A program made the position numbers and the translations under genes. 64,000 bases of DNA from a virus (lineage: Duplodnaviria > Caudoviricetes): IMG/VR virus record IMGVR_UViG_3300021185_003947. The stretch is one strand, 5' to 3'. Below the pieces are notes generated by a model, which saw only the letters and a list, made by a program, of their open reading frames with translations, was not told the origin of the DNA and ran no database searches. How positions within the stretch are numbered: the stretch's first letter is position 1; each line of letters starts with the position of its first letter. Below, one piece after another: positions 10,260 through 19,228 of this stretch.

Positions 10260-10983
10260 TAAATCAATTTTTAATATTGATGCAATGAAGGGTGCTTTGA
10301 AAGATGGTTTAGCAAGACCAAATAAATTTTTAGTATCTTTGCCTGCCGGTAATACAATTGGAAATGATAATAAAACATTTAAAGGTAGAGAAAGCAAACA
10401 CGCAAATGATCTACCCAATAGACCAAATTTAACTTGGCTGTGTAGATCATGTAGTCTACCTATAAATCAAATGTTGACGTCTGAAAGACTGATTGGTATG
10501 AAACAAGAAAAAATAACATATGGATACGCTCAATCAGATGTTATACTTTCTTTTTACGAACCAAACTCTTGGCCTATAAGAAAATATTTTCAAACTTGGC
10601 AAGACACTCAAGTAAATCAAGATACTCAAGAATTGAATTTTAAATATGGAACACCTGGTCGACCAGGATATGCAAAAGATGTAAGAATATTTGCAATGGA
10701 TACAACTGGCAAAGCAACATATGGTGTTCTTTTAATAGATGCATTTCCTACAACTTTAAATGCTCAAGAGTTTTCAAATGAGAATAATGGTATTGTTGAT
10801 ACCACAATAACTTTAGCTTATACTAGGTACCAAACTTTAGCAGTAGGATATAAACCAACCGCATCAAAAGCTGATCTAGACTTTGAAAATGGATTAGATG
10901 AATTTGTTCAAGGACAGGCAAATGCACGATTATATCGAGAAAGAGATGATGCAACAGGATTAAGTACTAGTACATTTATTTAG
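10252..10983 (+). CDS. 54: Baseplate tail tube initiator gp54 / tail-tube-like protein
   Basis: LARPNKFLV...CRSCSLP...YFQTWQ...DAFPTTL; position next to gp2 and gp26. Confidence 0.7.
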   Translation: MGNKSIFNIDAMKGALKDGLARPNKFLVSLPAGNTIGNDNKTFKGRESKHANDLPNRPNLTWLCRSCSLPINQMLTSERLIGMKQEKITYGYAQSDVILSFYEPNSWPIRKYFQTWQDTQVNQDTQELNFKYGTPGRPGYAKDVRIFAMDTTGKATYGVLLIDAFPTTLNAQEFSNENNGIVDTTITLAYTRYQTLAVGYKPTASKADLDFENGLDEFVQGQANARLYRERDDATGLSTSTFI

Positions 10984-11022
10984 CATAATTTTTTTATAAT
11001 TTTTAAACCATGAGGTAATATA

Positions 11023-11736
11023 ATGGCACTACCAATTTTAAATGATACACCAAAATATGAAATGACAATTCCATCTACTAATCAAACACTTAAGTTTAGA
11101 CCATACTTGGTTAGAGAAGAAAAAGTTTTAATGATTGCAATGGAATCTGAAGATACAAACGAAATGTTTTCAGCCATTATTGATACTATTAAAGCATGTG
11201 TATATGATCCCAAAAATTCTGTTGTTTGGGATTCATTAGCAATTTTTGATATTGAATATATGTTTGTTACAATTAGATCTAAATCTGTTGGTGAAACAAG
11301 TAAACTTAGTTTAAAATGTACTGAATGTGAGACAGCAAATGAAATTAAAGTTGATTTGTCAGATATTGCACCAGCGATGCCTGATATAAGTAACACAATT
11401 GTTCTTACTGATGATATTAGTTTAGAAATGCAATGGCCAGCATATGCTGATTTATATAAATCTAATATAGAAAAAATGAATTCAACAGATATGACAATGA
11501 TGATGATTGGTAAATGTATTAAATATGTGAATACTGCTGATGATCAAATTATATTAAAAGACGAACCCCAAGCATCTGTTGATGCATTTATAGAATCTTT
11601 AAGTACTACTCAATTTGAAATGATTAAAAACTATACTGAACAAATGCCACAAATAGTAAAGGATATTAGCTTTACCTGCGTTAATTGTGGACACCATAAT
11701 AATATTAAATTACAAGGAATGTCTGATTTTTTTTAG
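11023..11736 (+). CDS. 26: Baseplate hub assembly protein gp26
   Basis: MALPILNDTPKYEMTIPS...FRPYLVREEKVL...IRSKSVGE...CxxC...GMSDFF. Confidence 0.9.
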   Translation: MALPILNDTPKYEMTIPSTNQTLKFRPYLVREEKVLMIAMESEDTNEMFSAIIDTIKACVYDPKNSVVWDSLAIFDIEYMFVTIRSKSVGETSKLSLKCTECETANEIKVDLSDIAPAMPDISNTIVLTDDISLEMQWPAYADLYKSNIEKMNSTDMTMMMIGKCIKYVNTADDQIILKDEPQASVDAFIESLSTTQFEMIKNYTEQMPQIVKDISFTCVNCGHHNNIKLQGMSDFF

Positions 11737-11927
11737 TTTGCCTCTCTCATGAAAGTCTCATAAACTTTTACAAGAGTAATTTCAGGATGATGCAAGATCA
11801 TAATTATTCATTAAGTGAACTGGAAAACATGATACCTTGGGAACGAGAAATTTATGTGATGCTTCTTGCTGATCATATAAAAGAAGAAAACGATAAAGCA
11901 AAAGATCGTAAAAACGGTCTTATGTAA
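11727..11927 (+). CDS. 51: gp51-like baseplate hub assembly catalyst in the -1 frame of gp26 (first in-frame ATG at 11787)
   Basis: Manual translation LVCLSHESLINFYKSNFRMMQDHNYSLSELENMIPWEREIYV...; gp51-like similarity begins upstream of any ATG, at the T8 run 11727-11734. Confidence 0.75.
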   Translation, partial: FFLVCLSHESLINFYKSNFRMMQDHNYSLSELENMIPWEREIYVMLLADHIKEENDKAKDRKNGLM

Positions 11928-11941
11928 TAGAAAGAATAGAT

Positions 11942-14272
11942 ATGGCAACTATAGAACAGTTAACACAGCAGCTCATTGATGTAAATAAAGATCAAGTTGT
12001 AGTCAATGAAGAAAATGTTGATGCAATTGATAATCTTACAAAATCAGTTAATAAACTTCTTAAGTTCCATGAAAAAGCTGCTCAAATGACTGGAAGACAA
12101 TTAGAAGCAGAAAGAGAAGCATCACGAAGAGGTGTTCGTGGTGGTGCTGGTGCAACAACTACAAGTAGTTCATCAAGTAGTTCTGGCCCTTCACTTATAA
12201 TGCCTCCAATGGGATCATTTGCTATTCCGGCCCTTGTTGCTCTTGGAGCATCTTTGACGGGACTCGATGCAGTAATAAAAGCTCTTGCTCTTCCAAAAAC
12301 GTTTAGTCTTTTTGGAAAAACTATTACTACATTTAAAAATACCATAACTGGAATTGGCACCACAATGTCGACATTTGCTGACAGTGTCAAAAATTTTAAA
12401 ATCAAACTGCCAGATTTACCAAAAATACGATTTGTAGATCTTGCGGGCGAGCCATATGATTTTAGTAAATGGACTAAAAATATACCAACAATTGATGTAA
12501 CAGCAATAAGATCTAATGTTACAACATTCTTTGATGATATTGCAACTAAAATTAATACAGATCTTGTAGATAAGATGGATGATTTTAATGTTGGTATGAG
12601 TTCTATCAAAACTAGAGTAAACTTATTTCTTGGCGGCATATATTTAGAATTTGATAAAGCATGGGCTGGCGCATCAGACGAATTTATTAAACATATGACA
12701 AACATTAAAACTAGAAGCCTAAGTTTTTTTACAGACATAATAGCTAAATTAAATTTTTTACTTCCCGGAGCTGGAACTGAAGGATTTAAAACTCTTACTG
12801 AAAAACTTACGTCTATTAAAACTGGTGTTAGCGGATTTTTTGATAGCACTAAACAAATGGTAACAGAAAAGTTAACATTACCAGAAGCTTTTACAAATAG
12901 AATTACAGCCATTAAAACTGGTGTTAGCGGATTTTTTGATAGCACTAAGACATTTGTAGGAGATAATCTAAAATTTGATATGGGAAGTAAAATTGCAGAC
13001 ATTAAAACATCTGTTGGTACATTTTTTGATAACATTCCACGTATTCAATTTGAAATGCCAGCAGGCGCGGATAAAATAGGCGAGAAATTAAGAAGTGTAA
13101 TAGGAACATTAAGTGCAGGACCAGGTGGAGCAGAAGCTGGAACTGGTATACTAGGATTTTTAAATCGTGTATTTACATTTGTAAGGCCTTTGCTTAAGCC
13201 ATTTGAATTTGTATTAAGAACAGTAATGAGACCTCTTACTCAAGTATTCATAACTTTAATAGATTTTGTAACAGGATTTTACAAAGGTTTTACCGAAGCT
13301 GAAGGAGAAGGATTTCTTGATAAATTAAAAGGAGGTATTGAAGGCGGAGTACTTGGTATTATTAAAGGATTTACAGAAGCAATAGATGCTATATTTATTG
13401 CTCTTCCGGCGTGGCTTCTTAAAAAATTAGGATTTGAAGGTGTTGCTAAAGATTTAAAAGAATTTAGTTTAACAGCTCTTGTTGATCCAGCATGGGAAGC
13501 AGTTAAAGACTTCTTTACTACAACAATTCCAGGCAAGATGGAAGAATGGAAAAAAGCATATGTTAATTTTGATCCAATGGAATTTATTACTGAAAAATTT
13601 GAAGCAGTTAAATGTTTCTTCACTCAAACTATTCCAAACAAAATTGCTGAATTTGATCCACTTAAAGATTTTGATCTAATAGGATCACTTACAAACTCAA
13701 TATCTGAATTATTAGATTCAATTGTAAGTATTATTCCAAGTGGTGAAGCAATTAAGAAAATGTTAATAAATGCTGCTAAGCTAATTCCACAAGGGGAAAG
13801 GATATTAAAACTAGCAGGATTAATACCAGATCCTGAAGCAGAAGCGGCAGCAGCGCGAGCTACAGAAGTTGCAATGAATTTGCCAGCTGAACTTAGCGGC
13901 GCGAGTATGGATGGGACTAAAATGGGCACACGTTCTTTGACTTTAGCAAATTTAGAAAAAGCAAAACTTGAACGGGATTATGGTATGTCAGCGGCCTTAG
14001 CTAGAAAAGAAGGAGCTAATCCTGATCTTGCTCGAAGACTTGCAAAAGAGTTAAATCCAGTGATAGCCAAACGTGAACAAGATATTAATGACGCGCTTCG
14101 TTTGGCCGCCGCTGTGGCAGCCTCCCAAGCAAGAGAACAAGCACGAATAGATCAGCAAATGTCGAGAACAGTGCAAGAAGGATCAGTGTATACCACAAAT
14201 AATTATGTTGCTGCATCTCAAGGTTCAACTGATACTGAATTAAGTTGGGTAGAACGATTTTTTCTGAAATAA
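11942..14272 (+). CDS. Tape-measure-like protein (gp29 position)
   Basis: 776 aa helical protein with periodic aromatic repeats, directly after gp26/gp51. Confidence 0.6.
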   Translation: MATIEQLTQQLIDVNKDQVVVNEENVDAIDNLTKSVNKLLKFHEKAAQMTGRQLEAEREASRRGVRGGAGATTTSSSSSSSGPSLIMPPMGSFAIPALVALGASLTGLDAVIKALALPKTFSLFGKTITTFKNTITGIGTTMSTFADSVKNFKIKLPDLPKIRFVDLAGEPYDFSKWTKNIPTIDVTAIRSNVTTFFDDIATKINTDLVDKMDDFNVGMSSIKTRVNLFLGGIYLEFDKAWAGASDEFIKHMTNIKTRSLSFFTDIIAKLNFLLPGAGTEGFKTLTEKLTSIKTGVSGFFDSTKQMVTEKLTLPEAFTNRITAIKTGVSGFFDSTKTFVGDNLKFDMGSKIADIKTSVGTFFDNIPRIQFEMPAGADKIGEKLRSVIGTLSAGPGGAEAGTGILGFLNRVFTFVRPLLKPFEFVLRTVMRPLTQVFITLIDFVTGFYKGFTEAEGEGFLDKLKGGIEGGVLGIIKGFTEAIDAIFIALPAWLLKKLGFEGVAKDLKEFSLTALVDPAWEAVKDFFTTTIPGKMEEWKKAYVNFDPMEFITEKFEAVKCFFTQTIPNKIAEFDPLKDFDLIGSLTNSISELLDSIVSIIPSGEAIKKMLINAAKLIPQGERILKLAGLIPDPEAEAAAARATEVAMNLPAELSGASMDGTKMGTRSLTLANLEKAKLERDYGMSAALARKEGANPDLARRLAKELNPVIAKREQDINDALRLAAAVAASQAREQARIDQQMSRTVQEGSVYTTNNYVAASQGSTDTELSWVERFFLK
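12815..12948 (+). repeat. 38-bp exact direct repeat, 96-bp period (IKTGVSGFFDSTK x2)
   Basis: attaaaactggtgttagcggattttttgatagcactaa at 12815-12852 and 12911-12948. Confidence 0.9.
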
Positions 14273-14288
14273 CCTAAATGGAAGAATT

Positions 14289-14320
14289 AAAAAAAAATGC
14301 CGGCAATTAAGCCGGCATTT
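14289..14320 (-). terminator. Intrinsic terminator between convergent gp32 and tape measure genes
   Basis: 10-bp stem aaatgccggc/gccggcattt, 6-nt loop, U-run on the minus strand. Confidence 0.85.
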
Positions 14321-14339
14321 CTCAGTTATATAGTTATAT

Positions 14340-15236
14340 TTAATCGTTAACTAAATTAGCAAAATGTGACATGATATCGTCTTCATCATCTGAACTAGCT
14401 ACAGCACTCATTGCAGGTTCAGGAGCTGATTTAATAGGTGGCGCTACTTTTTCTTCTCCAAGGCTACGCTCTTGGGCCACAGTGGGAGCTCCAGCAACTG
14501 CTGATTCTCCAAGCACACTCATCAATTTAGTTTTTAGCTCTGTATAAGACTTATACTTAGTAGGGTCAGTATACTCAGCCAAATCATGCATTGAATTGTA
14601 AATACCTTCAAGTTTTGCATCATCATCAGAAAGTACTTCTTGAGAAGCAAATTCTGATTTATCGTAGTTGCGATAACCTTCAACATCCCGAATTTTTAGT
14701 TTGAAGTTAGCACCAGTCCAAAAATCAAATGGATTGATTGGTTCTTCATCTGCAAATTCTGGCTGCATTGCATCCATTAGTTTATCAAAGATTTTCTTAC
14801 CATATTGATAGAGAAATACCTTACCTTCATTGGCAGGGTTACCCGGATCAGATACGATAAGAACGTTTGATACATAATGCAAACGACGTTTTTGGTTACG
14901 AGCGGTTGTCTTATCAGACTCAACACCACTATTCCAAAGACGGCTATTGACTTCACCAACTGGATCATCTTGTCCAATAGATGTAAGTGATCGTTCAATG
15001 TACCATTTACCAGTTGGGCCTTTAAAGCCATGATCCCAATAACGAACCCATGGCAACTCAGAACCTTCTGTAGCTGGGAGAAAACGAAGAACAGCATAAC
15101 CATTATTCTGTTTATCGACTGTAGGTTTCCAAATACGATCATCTGTGTATTTGTTTGTAGAACCGCCAGCAGATTCTGCTGCTGCTACAAGTTTATCAAT
15201 TTGACCACGGTTCCGTTTTAGATTTGCAAAAGACAT
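14340..15236 (-). CDS. 32: Single-stranded DNA-binding protein gp32
   Basis: DDRIWKP...GYAVLRFLPA...HGFKGPTGKWYIE...GKKIFDK...GANFKLK; acidic C-terminal tail. Confidence 0.95.
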   Translation of the reverse strand: MSFANLKRNRGQIDKLVAAAESAGGSTNKYTDDRIWKPTVDKQNNGYAVLRFLPATEGSELPWVRYWDHGFKGPTGKWYIERSLTSIGQDDPVGEVNSRLWNSGVESDKTTARNQKRRLHYVSNVLIVSDPGNPANEGKVFLYQYGKKIFDKLMDAMQPEFADEEPINPFDFWTGANFKLKIRDVEGYRNYDKSEFASQEVLSDDDAKLEGIYNSMHDLAEYTDPTKYKSYTELKTKLMSVLGESAVAGAPTVAQERSLGEEKVAPPIKSAPEPAMSAVASSDDEDDIMSHFANLVND

Positions 15237-15324
15237 ATTATATTCCTTATATTTGCTGAATTGTGTTTTGTATTAACTGAATTATTATACCACATTTTTG
15301 ACATGAAGTATACCTTTATTTATA

Positions 15325-15519
15325 TTATTTTCTGACAAAAATAACTGTCTCTTTACCAGTGTCAGGATTAACTGATGGAATTGCAACATGACCTTCTGGA
15401 ACAGGTTGTGTTCCAACATATTCCCATTTTAGACCGGCTGCTTTATTGGCATCACTTACTGCAAAAAAATCCTCATTTTCATTTGCAAATAGGCCAAAAA
15501 TCATAATTAGTTCAAACAT
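15325..15519 (-). CDS. Hypothetical protein (start likely MFELIMIF)
   Basis: ORF track 15325-15564; ATG at 15519 overlaps the upstream ORF stop. Confidence 0.55.
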   Translation of the reverse strand: MFELIMIFGLFANENEDFFAVSDANKAAGLKWEYVGTQPVPEGHVAIPSVNPDTGKETVIFVRK

Positions 15520-15643
15520 TCTTGTTTTCCTTTGTGTGTTTATATAGTTGATAATAGTAGTCAAAAGTTACTGGATAGTTGTCTGGATCGGGTAGCACTC
15601 CTTTAAACATTTTAATAAATTCATTTATTTCTTCATTGCTCAT
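15512..15643 (-). CDS. Small hypothetical protein (43 aa)
   Basis: Manual translation MSNEEINEFIKMFKGVLPDPDNYPVTFDYYYQLYKHTKENKNV; tight operon packing. Confidence 0.6.
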   Translation of the reverse strand: MSNEEINEFIKMFKGVLPDPDNYPVTFDYYYQLYKHTKENKNV

Positions 15644-15797
15644 GATTACACCTTAAAGCACAATACCATTCCCAAAAATAATAAGCATTTAAGAACATTG
15701 CCCCTACGATTATAAGGTTACTAGAAAGATTAATTGCAATATATGAAAGTATATCTGCAAATATGTATATTACTACATAATCCCACCATCTTATCAT
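15633..15797 (-). CDS. Small membrane protein (54 aa)
   Basis: Manual translation MIRWWDYVVIYIFADILSYIAINLSSNLIIVGAMFLNAYYFWEW...; ATGA overlap with gp33 stop. Confidence 0.55.
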   Translation of the reverse strand: MIRWWDYVVIYIFADILSYIAINLSSNLIIVGAMFLNAYYFWEWYCALRCNHEQ

Positions 15798-16033
15798 TCG
15801 AATAGCAATTCATTTTGTTTTGGTAAAAAATTAAGACTCATTGCTTCAGCTTCAATTTTTTCTCGAATCACATTTGATATAAACTTTTTTACATCTTGTG
15901 GATCAATATTAGTGATCTCACATGTCTCAATAACAGCGTCCATATATGATAATTTTTTATCAACGACTTGCTCTTCAATTAACTTACCAAACTTGGCTCT
16001 GTTCATGAACTTAACTTCTTCTTGCATAATCAT
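15794..16033 (-). CDS. 33: Late transcription coactivator gp33
   Basis: LSYMDAVIETCE...IDPQDVKKFIS...EKIEAEAMSLNFLPK. Confidence 0.85.
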   Translation of the reverse strand: MIMQEEVKFMNRAKFGKLIEEQVVDKKLSYMDAVIETCEITNIDPQDVKKFISNVIREKIEAEAMSLNFLPKQNELLFE

Positions 16034-16038
16034 CCTTT

Positions 16039-17181
16039 CTATTTAGCCATAACTCTAACAAGGATAGTATCCTTATTGATGCGACCATTTACTTTATCTT
16101 TAGTTTTAGTCGTGAGCTCAGACCATTCTTTTCTAATTTGATTTGCAGATTTTGTCAAAACCGCTTTTATAAAATCATCCGGTTTGCGAAGTTTAGTACT
16201 ACGTGAAAGATCAGCATCAAGGCCTAGAATAGTAGTACCCTTTACTTCAAAACCAATAGATTTTTGGCATACATATTCTGTTAGCTCTTTGTATTTTACA
16301 TTAAAGGTATATAAACGCATTGCACCAATTATAGAAGTTGGATGGATTGAAGTGAGCTTATATTCTTTTGACTCTTTTGCATAATTAAGTTTTTCGACTT
16401 GCTTATCTGCAGTTTTAACTTTTGGCTTACGAGTAGTACGCAATGCCTTTTTTGATGCCATGAATTTATCAGTATCGTTTACAAGTTGATTAAGAAATTC
16501 AAGATATTTTTTACGTTCTGGAACAGAAAGATGTGAAAATGCTTCAACCAAATCTTCGGTTTTATCTTCAACTAATTCTTTTGCTTCATTACGAATAGGT
16601 GTATAGTAATCCAAAACAGCTTTGGCTGTATTATTTGCAGCATCAACTTTTTTTAATTCATCATAGAGTGAATACTTCATGCATTCCTTATGATTTTTAG
16701 GATCATATTGATCAAGAACATGTTCAACTTGGCCAATAAATTCTGATGTTTTTTCTTTTAAAATTTCCTGTATAGTTTTTCTTTGAGGTGATGGATCATC
16801 AGCAAGGTCAGCTTTTCTAGCAATGTTTTTCTTTCCACGGCCAAGAATTTCTTTCATATGGCGATTTAAACATTCTTCGGCTTTCCACCACATTGGAAAT
16901 TCTTTATCCATTTCTTTCCAAGCAATAGTAGCAGCTACAAAAGGTAAACCAGTAAAAGCCCATTCAGGTGCTTCAAGAGCAATCTTAGCCTGATCCTTTG
17001 GCATAGTTGTTTTAATATAAGACTTAATCTTTGATGCAATATCTTTTTTATCAAGATCAGTACGGCAATAGTCGTTAAAATCACGAAAGTTTCCCATTGG
17101 CCCAGCAGTAAATCCAGTTGACTTACGTCGGGAAAATGTTTGCTTGACTTTAGCTTTCTTTGTAAGCTTACGAGTTACCAT
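16039..17181 (-). CDS. Hypothetical protein (380 aa)
   Basis: Long ORF upstream of gp33 with RBS; function not recognised. Confidence 0.7.
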   Translation of the reverse strand: MVTRKLTKKAKVKQTFSRRKSTGFTAGPMGNFRDFNDYCRTDLDKKDIASKIKSYIKTTMPKDQAKIALEAPEWAFTGLPFVAATIAWKEMDKEFPMWWKAEECLNRHMKEILGRGKKNIARKADLADDPSPQRKTIQEILKEKTSEFIGQVEHVLDQYDPKNHKECMKYSLYDELKKVDAANNTAKAVLDYYTPIRNEAKELVEDKTEDLVEAFSHLSVPERKKYLEFLNQLVNDTDKFMASKKALRTTRKPKVKTADKQVEKLNYAKESKEYKLTSIHPTSIIGAMRLYTFNVKYKELTEYVCQKSIGFEVKGTTILGLDADLSRSTKLRKPDDFIKAVLTKSANQIRKEWSELTTKTKDKVNGRINKDTILVRVMAK

Positions 17182-17374
17182 TATTAAAGTCCTCTATTTT
17201 GATTAAATCATAATCTCCATCATCCATTTCTTCGTAATGAATATAGCCATCATGACATAGTTTAGTTATTACAAGATCAATTATGCCTTCAACGTTTTCT
17301 TCTTTTGCGCTTCTACGACCAATAATATAGGATGTAATAATAATCCCACTTACAAGTAAACCAAGTTCAAGCAT
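17168..17374 (-). CDS. Hypothetical protein with N-terminal TM segment
   Basis: ORF with GGAG RBS downstream of an early promoter. Confidence 0.6.
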   Translation of the reverse strand: MLELGLLVSGIIITSYIIGRRSAKEENVEGIIDLVITKLCHDGYIHYEEMDDGDYDLIKIEDFNNGNS

Positions 17375-17397
17375 AGTTATCTCCTTAACATATGACT

Positions 17398-17427
17398 ATA
17401 ATAACATATATAAGAGCGATTGTAAAC
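17398..17427 (-). promoter_or_regulatory. Early (sigma70-type) promoter
   Basis: GTTTACA-17 bp-TATTAT. Confidence 0.7.
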
Positions 17428-17453
17428 CCTTAAATGCATTTTTTTTATTTTTT

Positions 17454-17681
17454 TTATGATTTACCTGCAGTAACATATGAGCCTTCAGCCATATCATACG
17501 CCGCTACTAATTCTTTTAACATGTATGGTGATATTACCACAATATTAAAATCATCGTCATCAGTGTATTGACGAATATAACAGAGTTCTTCGTCAACTAT
17601 AATTTCAACATCATCGGTTTTTCCATTATTATCTAAAATGGTAATAATACTATGATCATATTTATGTTCAACTGTAATCAT
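17454..17681 (-). CDS. Hypothetical protein
   Basis: ORF track, co-oriented packing. Confidence 0.55.
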   Translation of the reverse strand: MITVEHKYDHSIITILDNNGKTDDVEIIVDEELCYIRQYTDDDDFNIVVISPYMLKELVAAYDMAEGSYVTAGKS

Positions 17682-17793
17682 AATTTTCTAAGTAAACCTT
17701 TTAATTTTACAATTTCAGCATTAGTAAGAGCTGCGTGAGGGACTTTTAGAAGTCGATTCACTGCATTAATGATAAAGTCTCTATCGTCTTGAT

Positions 17794-18081
17794 TCATTTC
17801 TTAGCAGTCTTTCTTAAGCTCTTAAGGGCCTCTGAGATGATAGTTGGATATTTTCCAATGTAACTACCTGCTTCTAAAACATCCTTGCTTAGTAGATGTT
17901 TATGATAGTGTTCAATATTGTCCCATTGCTTCAGGATATTTTTTGCTAATTTATCATAAAAATCATCAGACAATATTGGATCGTCTTTCTCATAATAAGC
18001 ATACGATGCCATAAGATAATATGGCACCGTCATATTTACATTATTAGTAATTATTCTAATAACATGTTTATCTAAAATCAT
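17794..18081 (-). CDS. Stand-alone NAD-dependent DNA ligase domain Ia-like protein
   Basis: ASYAYYEKDDPILSDDFYDKL matches the LigA Ia YY..d.P.iSD..YD.L motif. Confidence 0.7.
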   Translation of the reverse strand: MILDKHVIRIITNNVNMTVPYYLMASYAYYEKDDPILSDDFYDKLAKNILKQWDNIEHYHKHLLSKDVLEAGSYIGKYPTIISEALKSLRKTAKK

Positions 18082-18470
18082 CTACGCATACTCGCCGCAT
18101 CAACTGCTGCCTGTTTATTGTCTTTACGAATTGGCATAAGATTACTTTTGTGTGTTACAACAATACCAGCAATCTCATTACCTGTATATTTATTCGTTTC
18201 TTTTAGTGTACCATTATCAATACTATTTGATAATTGATCTCTTGAAACTTTAAATTTTGGGCGCTCATGGCGATAGTCTTGTTTAGTACCTTTTACACCC
18301 ATACGATCAAGAAAAGCTTGATGTTCAGCTTCTCTTTCTTTCCATCCAGGCTTCTTTTTGATTTTTGATTTTCCGTGCACTTGCACGCCTCGAATCATGT
18401 GCATAGACATTGTATACTCCTTTTTATTTGGTGTGGATGGAGAGACTCGAACTCTCACGCCGTAAAGCAC
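18078..18470 (-). CDS. Hypothetical protein (true start likely MSMHMIRG, downstream of tRNA-Leu)
   Basis: ORF-track N-terminus overlaps tRNA-Leu; GGAG RBS precedes the internal ATG. Confidence 0.6.
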   Translation of the reverse strand: MLYGVRVRVSPSTPNKKEYTMSMHMIRGVQVHGKSKIKKKPGWKEREAEHQAFLDRMGVKGTKQDYRHERPKFKVSRDQLSNSIDNGTLKETNKYTGNEIAGIVVTHKSNLMPIRKDNKQAAVDAASMRR

Positions 18471-18513
18471 TAGAACCTAAATCTAGCGTGTCTACCAATT
18501 TCACCACATCCAC
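18429..18513 (-). tRNA. tRNA-Leu(UAG)
   Basis: Cloverleaf GTGGATG...CATCCAC-A-CCA, anticodon loop TT-TAG-GT, long variable arm, TTCGA T-loop. Confidence 0.95.
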
Positions 18514-18522
18514 ACACGTTTT

Positions 18523-18597
18523 TGGCTGGAACGGTAGGACTCGAACCTACAATCACCTGTACCAAAAACAGGGGCATTACCATTATGCTACGTTCCA
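18523..18597 (-). tRNA. tRNA-Gln(UUG)
   Basis: TGGAACG...CGTTCCA-G-CCA, stem CCTGT/ACAGG, loop TT-TTG-GT. Confidence 0.93.
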
Positions 18598-18628
18598 AAA
18601 ACTTCTATGTCAAGCAATAAATCTCTTT

Positions 18629-18829
18629 TTATGTTTTTTCGTTTGATGCTCCATCTACTTCTTCATAACCAGTTCCAAAACAAAATTCACATTCCATTTT
18701 CGAAATCTCGGCAACACCAGAACCATCACAATTCTCACAAACTTCGCCTCGAAACCACTCGTCGATGTTATCCTCCACTCGCTCTAACCACTCGTCGATG
18801 TTATCATCACCCCATATAGATATAGTCAT
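18629..18829 (-). CDS. Small protein with DnaJ-type zinc-finger motifs
   Basis: CENCDGSG and CEFCFGTG (CxxCxGxG); tandem DNIDEW repeat. Confidence 0.6.
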   Translation of the reverse strand: MTISIWGDDNIDEWLERVEDNIDEWFRGEVCENCDGSGVAEISKMECEFCFGTGYEEVDGASNEKT

Positions 18830-18871
18830 TTTTTTGTCCTTTCAGTGACAAGTGATTCTTCCTACTCTATT

Positions 18872-18900
18872 AATCTATCACACTTTTAAGCAATTGTAAA
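18872..18900 (-). promoter_or_regulatory. Early promoter
   Basis: TTTACA-17 bp-TAGATT. Confidence 0.75.
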
Positions 18901-18913
18901 GGATTATTTTGAT

Positions 18914-19228
18914 TTACACAGAATAAACTTTTGGACGATAAACATATTTACATTCTTGTACGCTATCAACACGAAAAGAACGCCAGCCTTTTGCGGTCGT
19001 GTCCCAGCATGGAATGACTTCAGGATTTACAGCACGAACTTTCTTTTGAGTAATAGGTTCATCTTTTTCAGCAGATGGAATCATACCTTCTAGCAAAGTA
19101 CAAGTCATAACTCGCTTATCACCATTTACTTTTGTAAAGGTTACTTCACATACTCCTGATGTAAGCATATTCATATAGTTATCACGATCTTCAGTCATTG
19201 ATATTACCCTTTCCGGTAAATGCATCAT
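18914..19228 (-). CDS. WYL_2/DUF2693-like SH3-fold protein
   Basis: CEVTFTKVNGDKRVMTCTL...CWDTTAKGWRSFRVDSV. Confidence 0.75.
   Translation of the reverse strand: MMHLPERVISMTEDRDNYMNMLTSGVCEVTFTKVNGDKRVMTCTLLEGMIPSAEKDEPITQKKVRAVNPEVIPCWDTTAKGWRSFRVDSVQECKYVYRPKVYSV

Noticed and set aside
12082-13035. 317-aa minus-strand ORF
   Set aside because: It is antisense to the tape measure gene and mirrors its repeats, with no RBS or promoter; a shadow ORF from codon bias
15280-15320. MotA-box middle promoter upstream of gp32 (TATACTTCA...TGTGGTATAAT)
   Set aside because: The extended -10 is plausible, but the box match is weak and no motA is visible in the window
18753-18805. Short direct repeats as a mini-CRISPR array
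   Set aside because: Only two copies, in-frame inside a CDS with 33-bp period; no cas genes or leader
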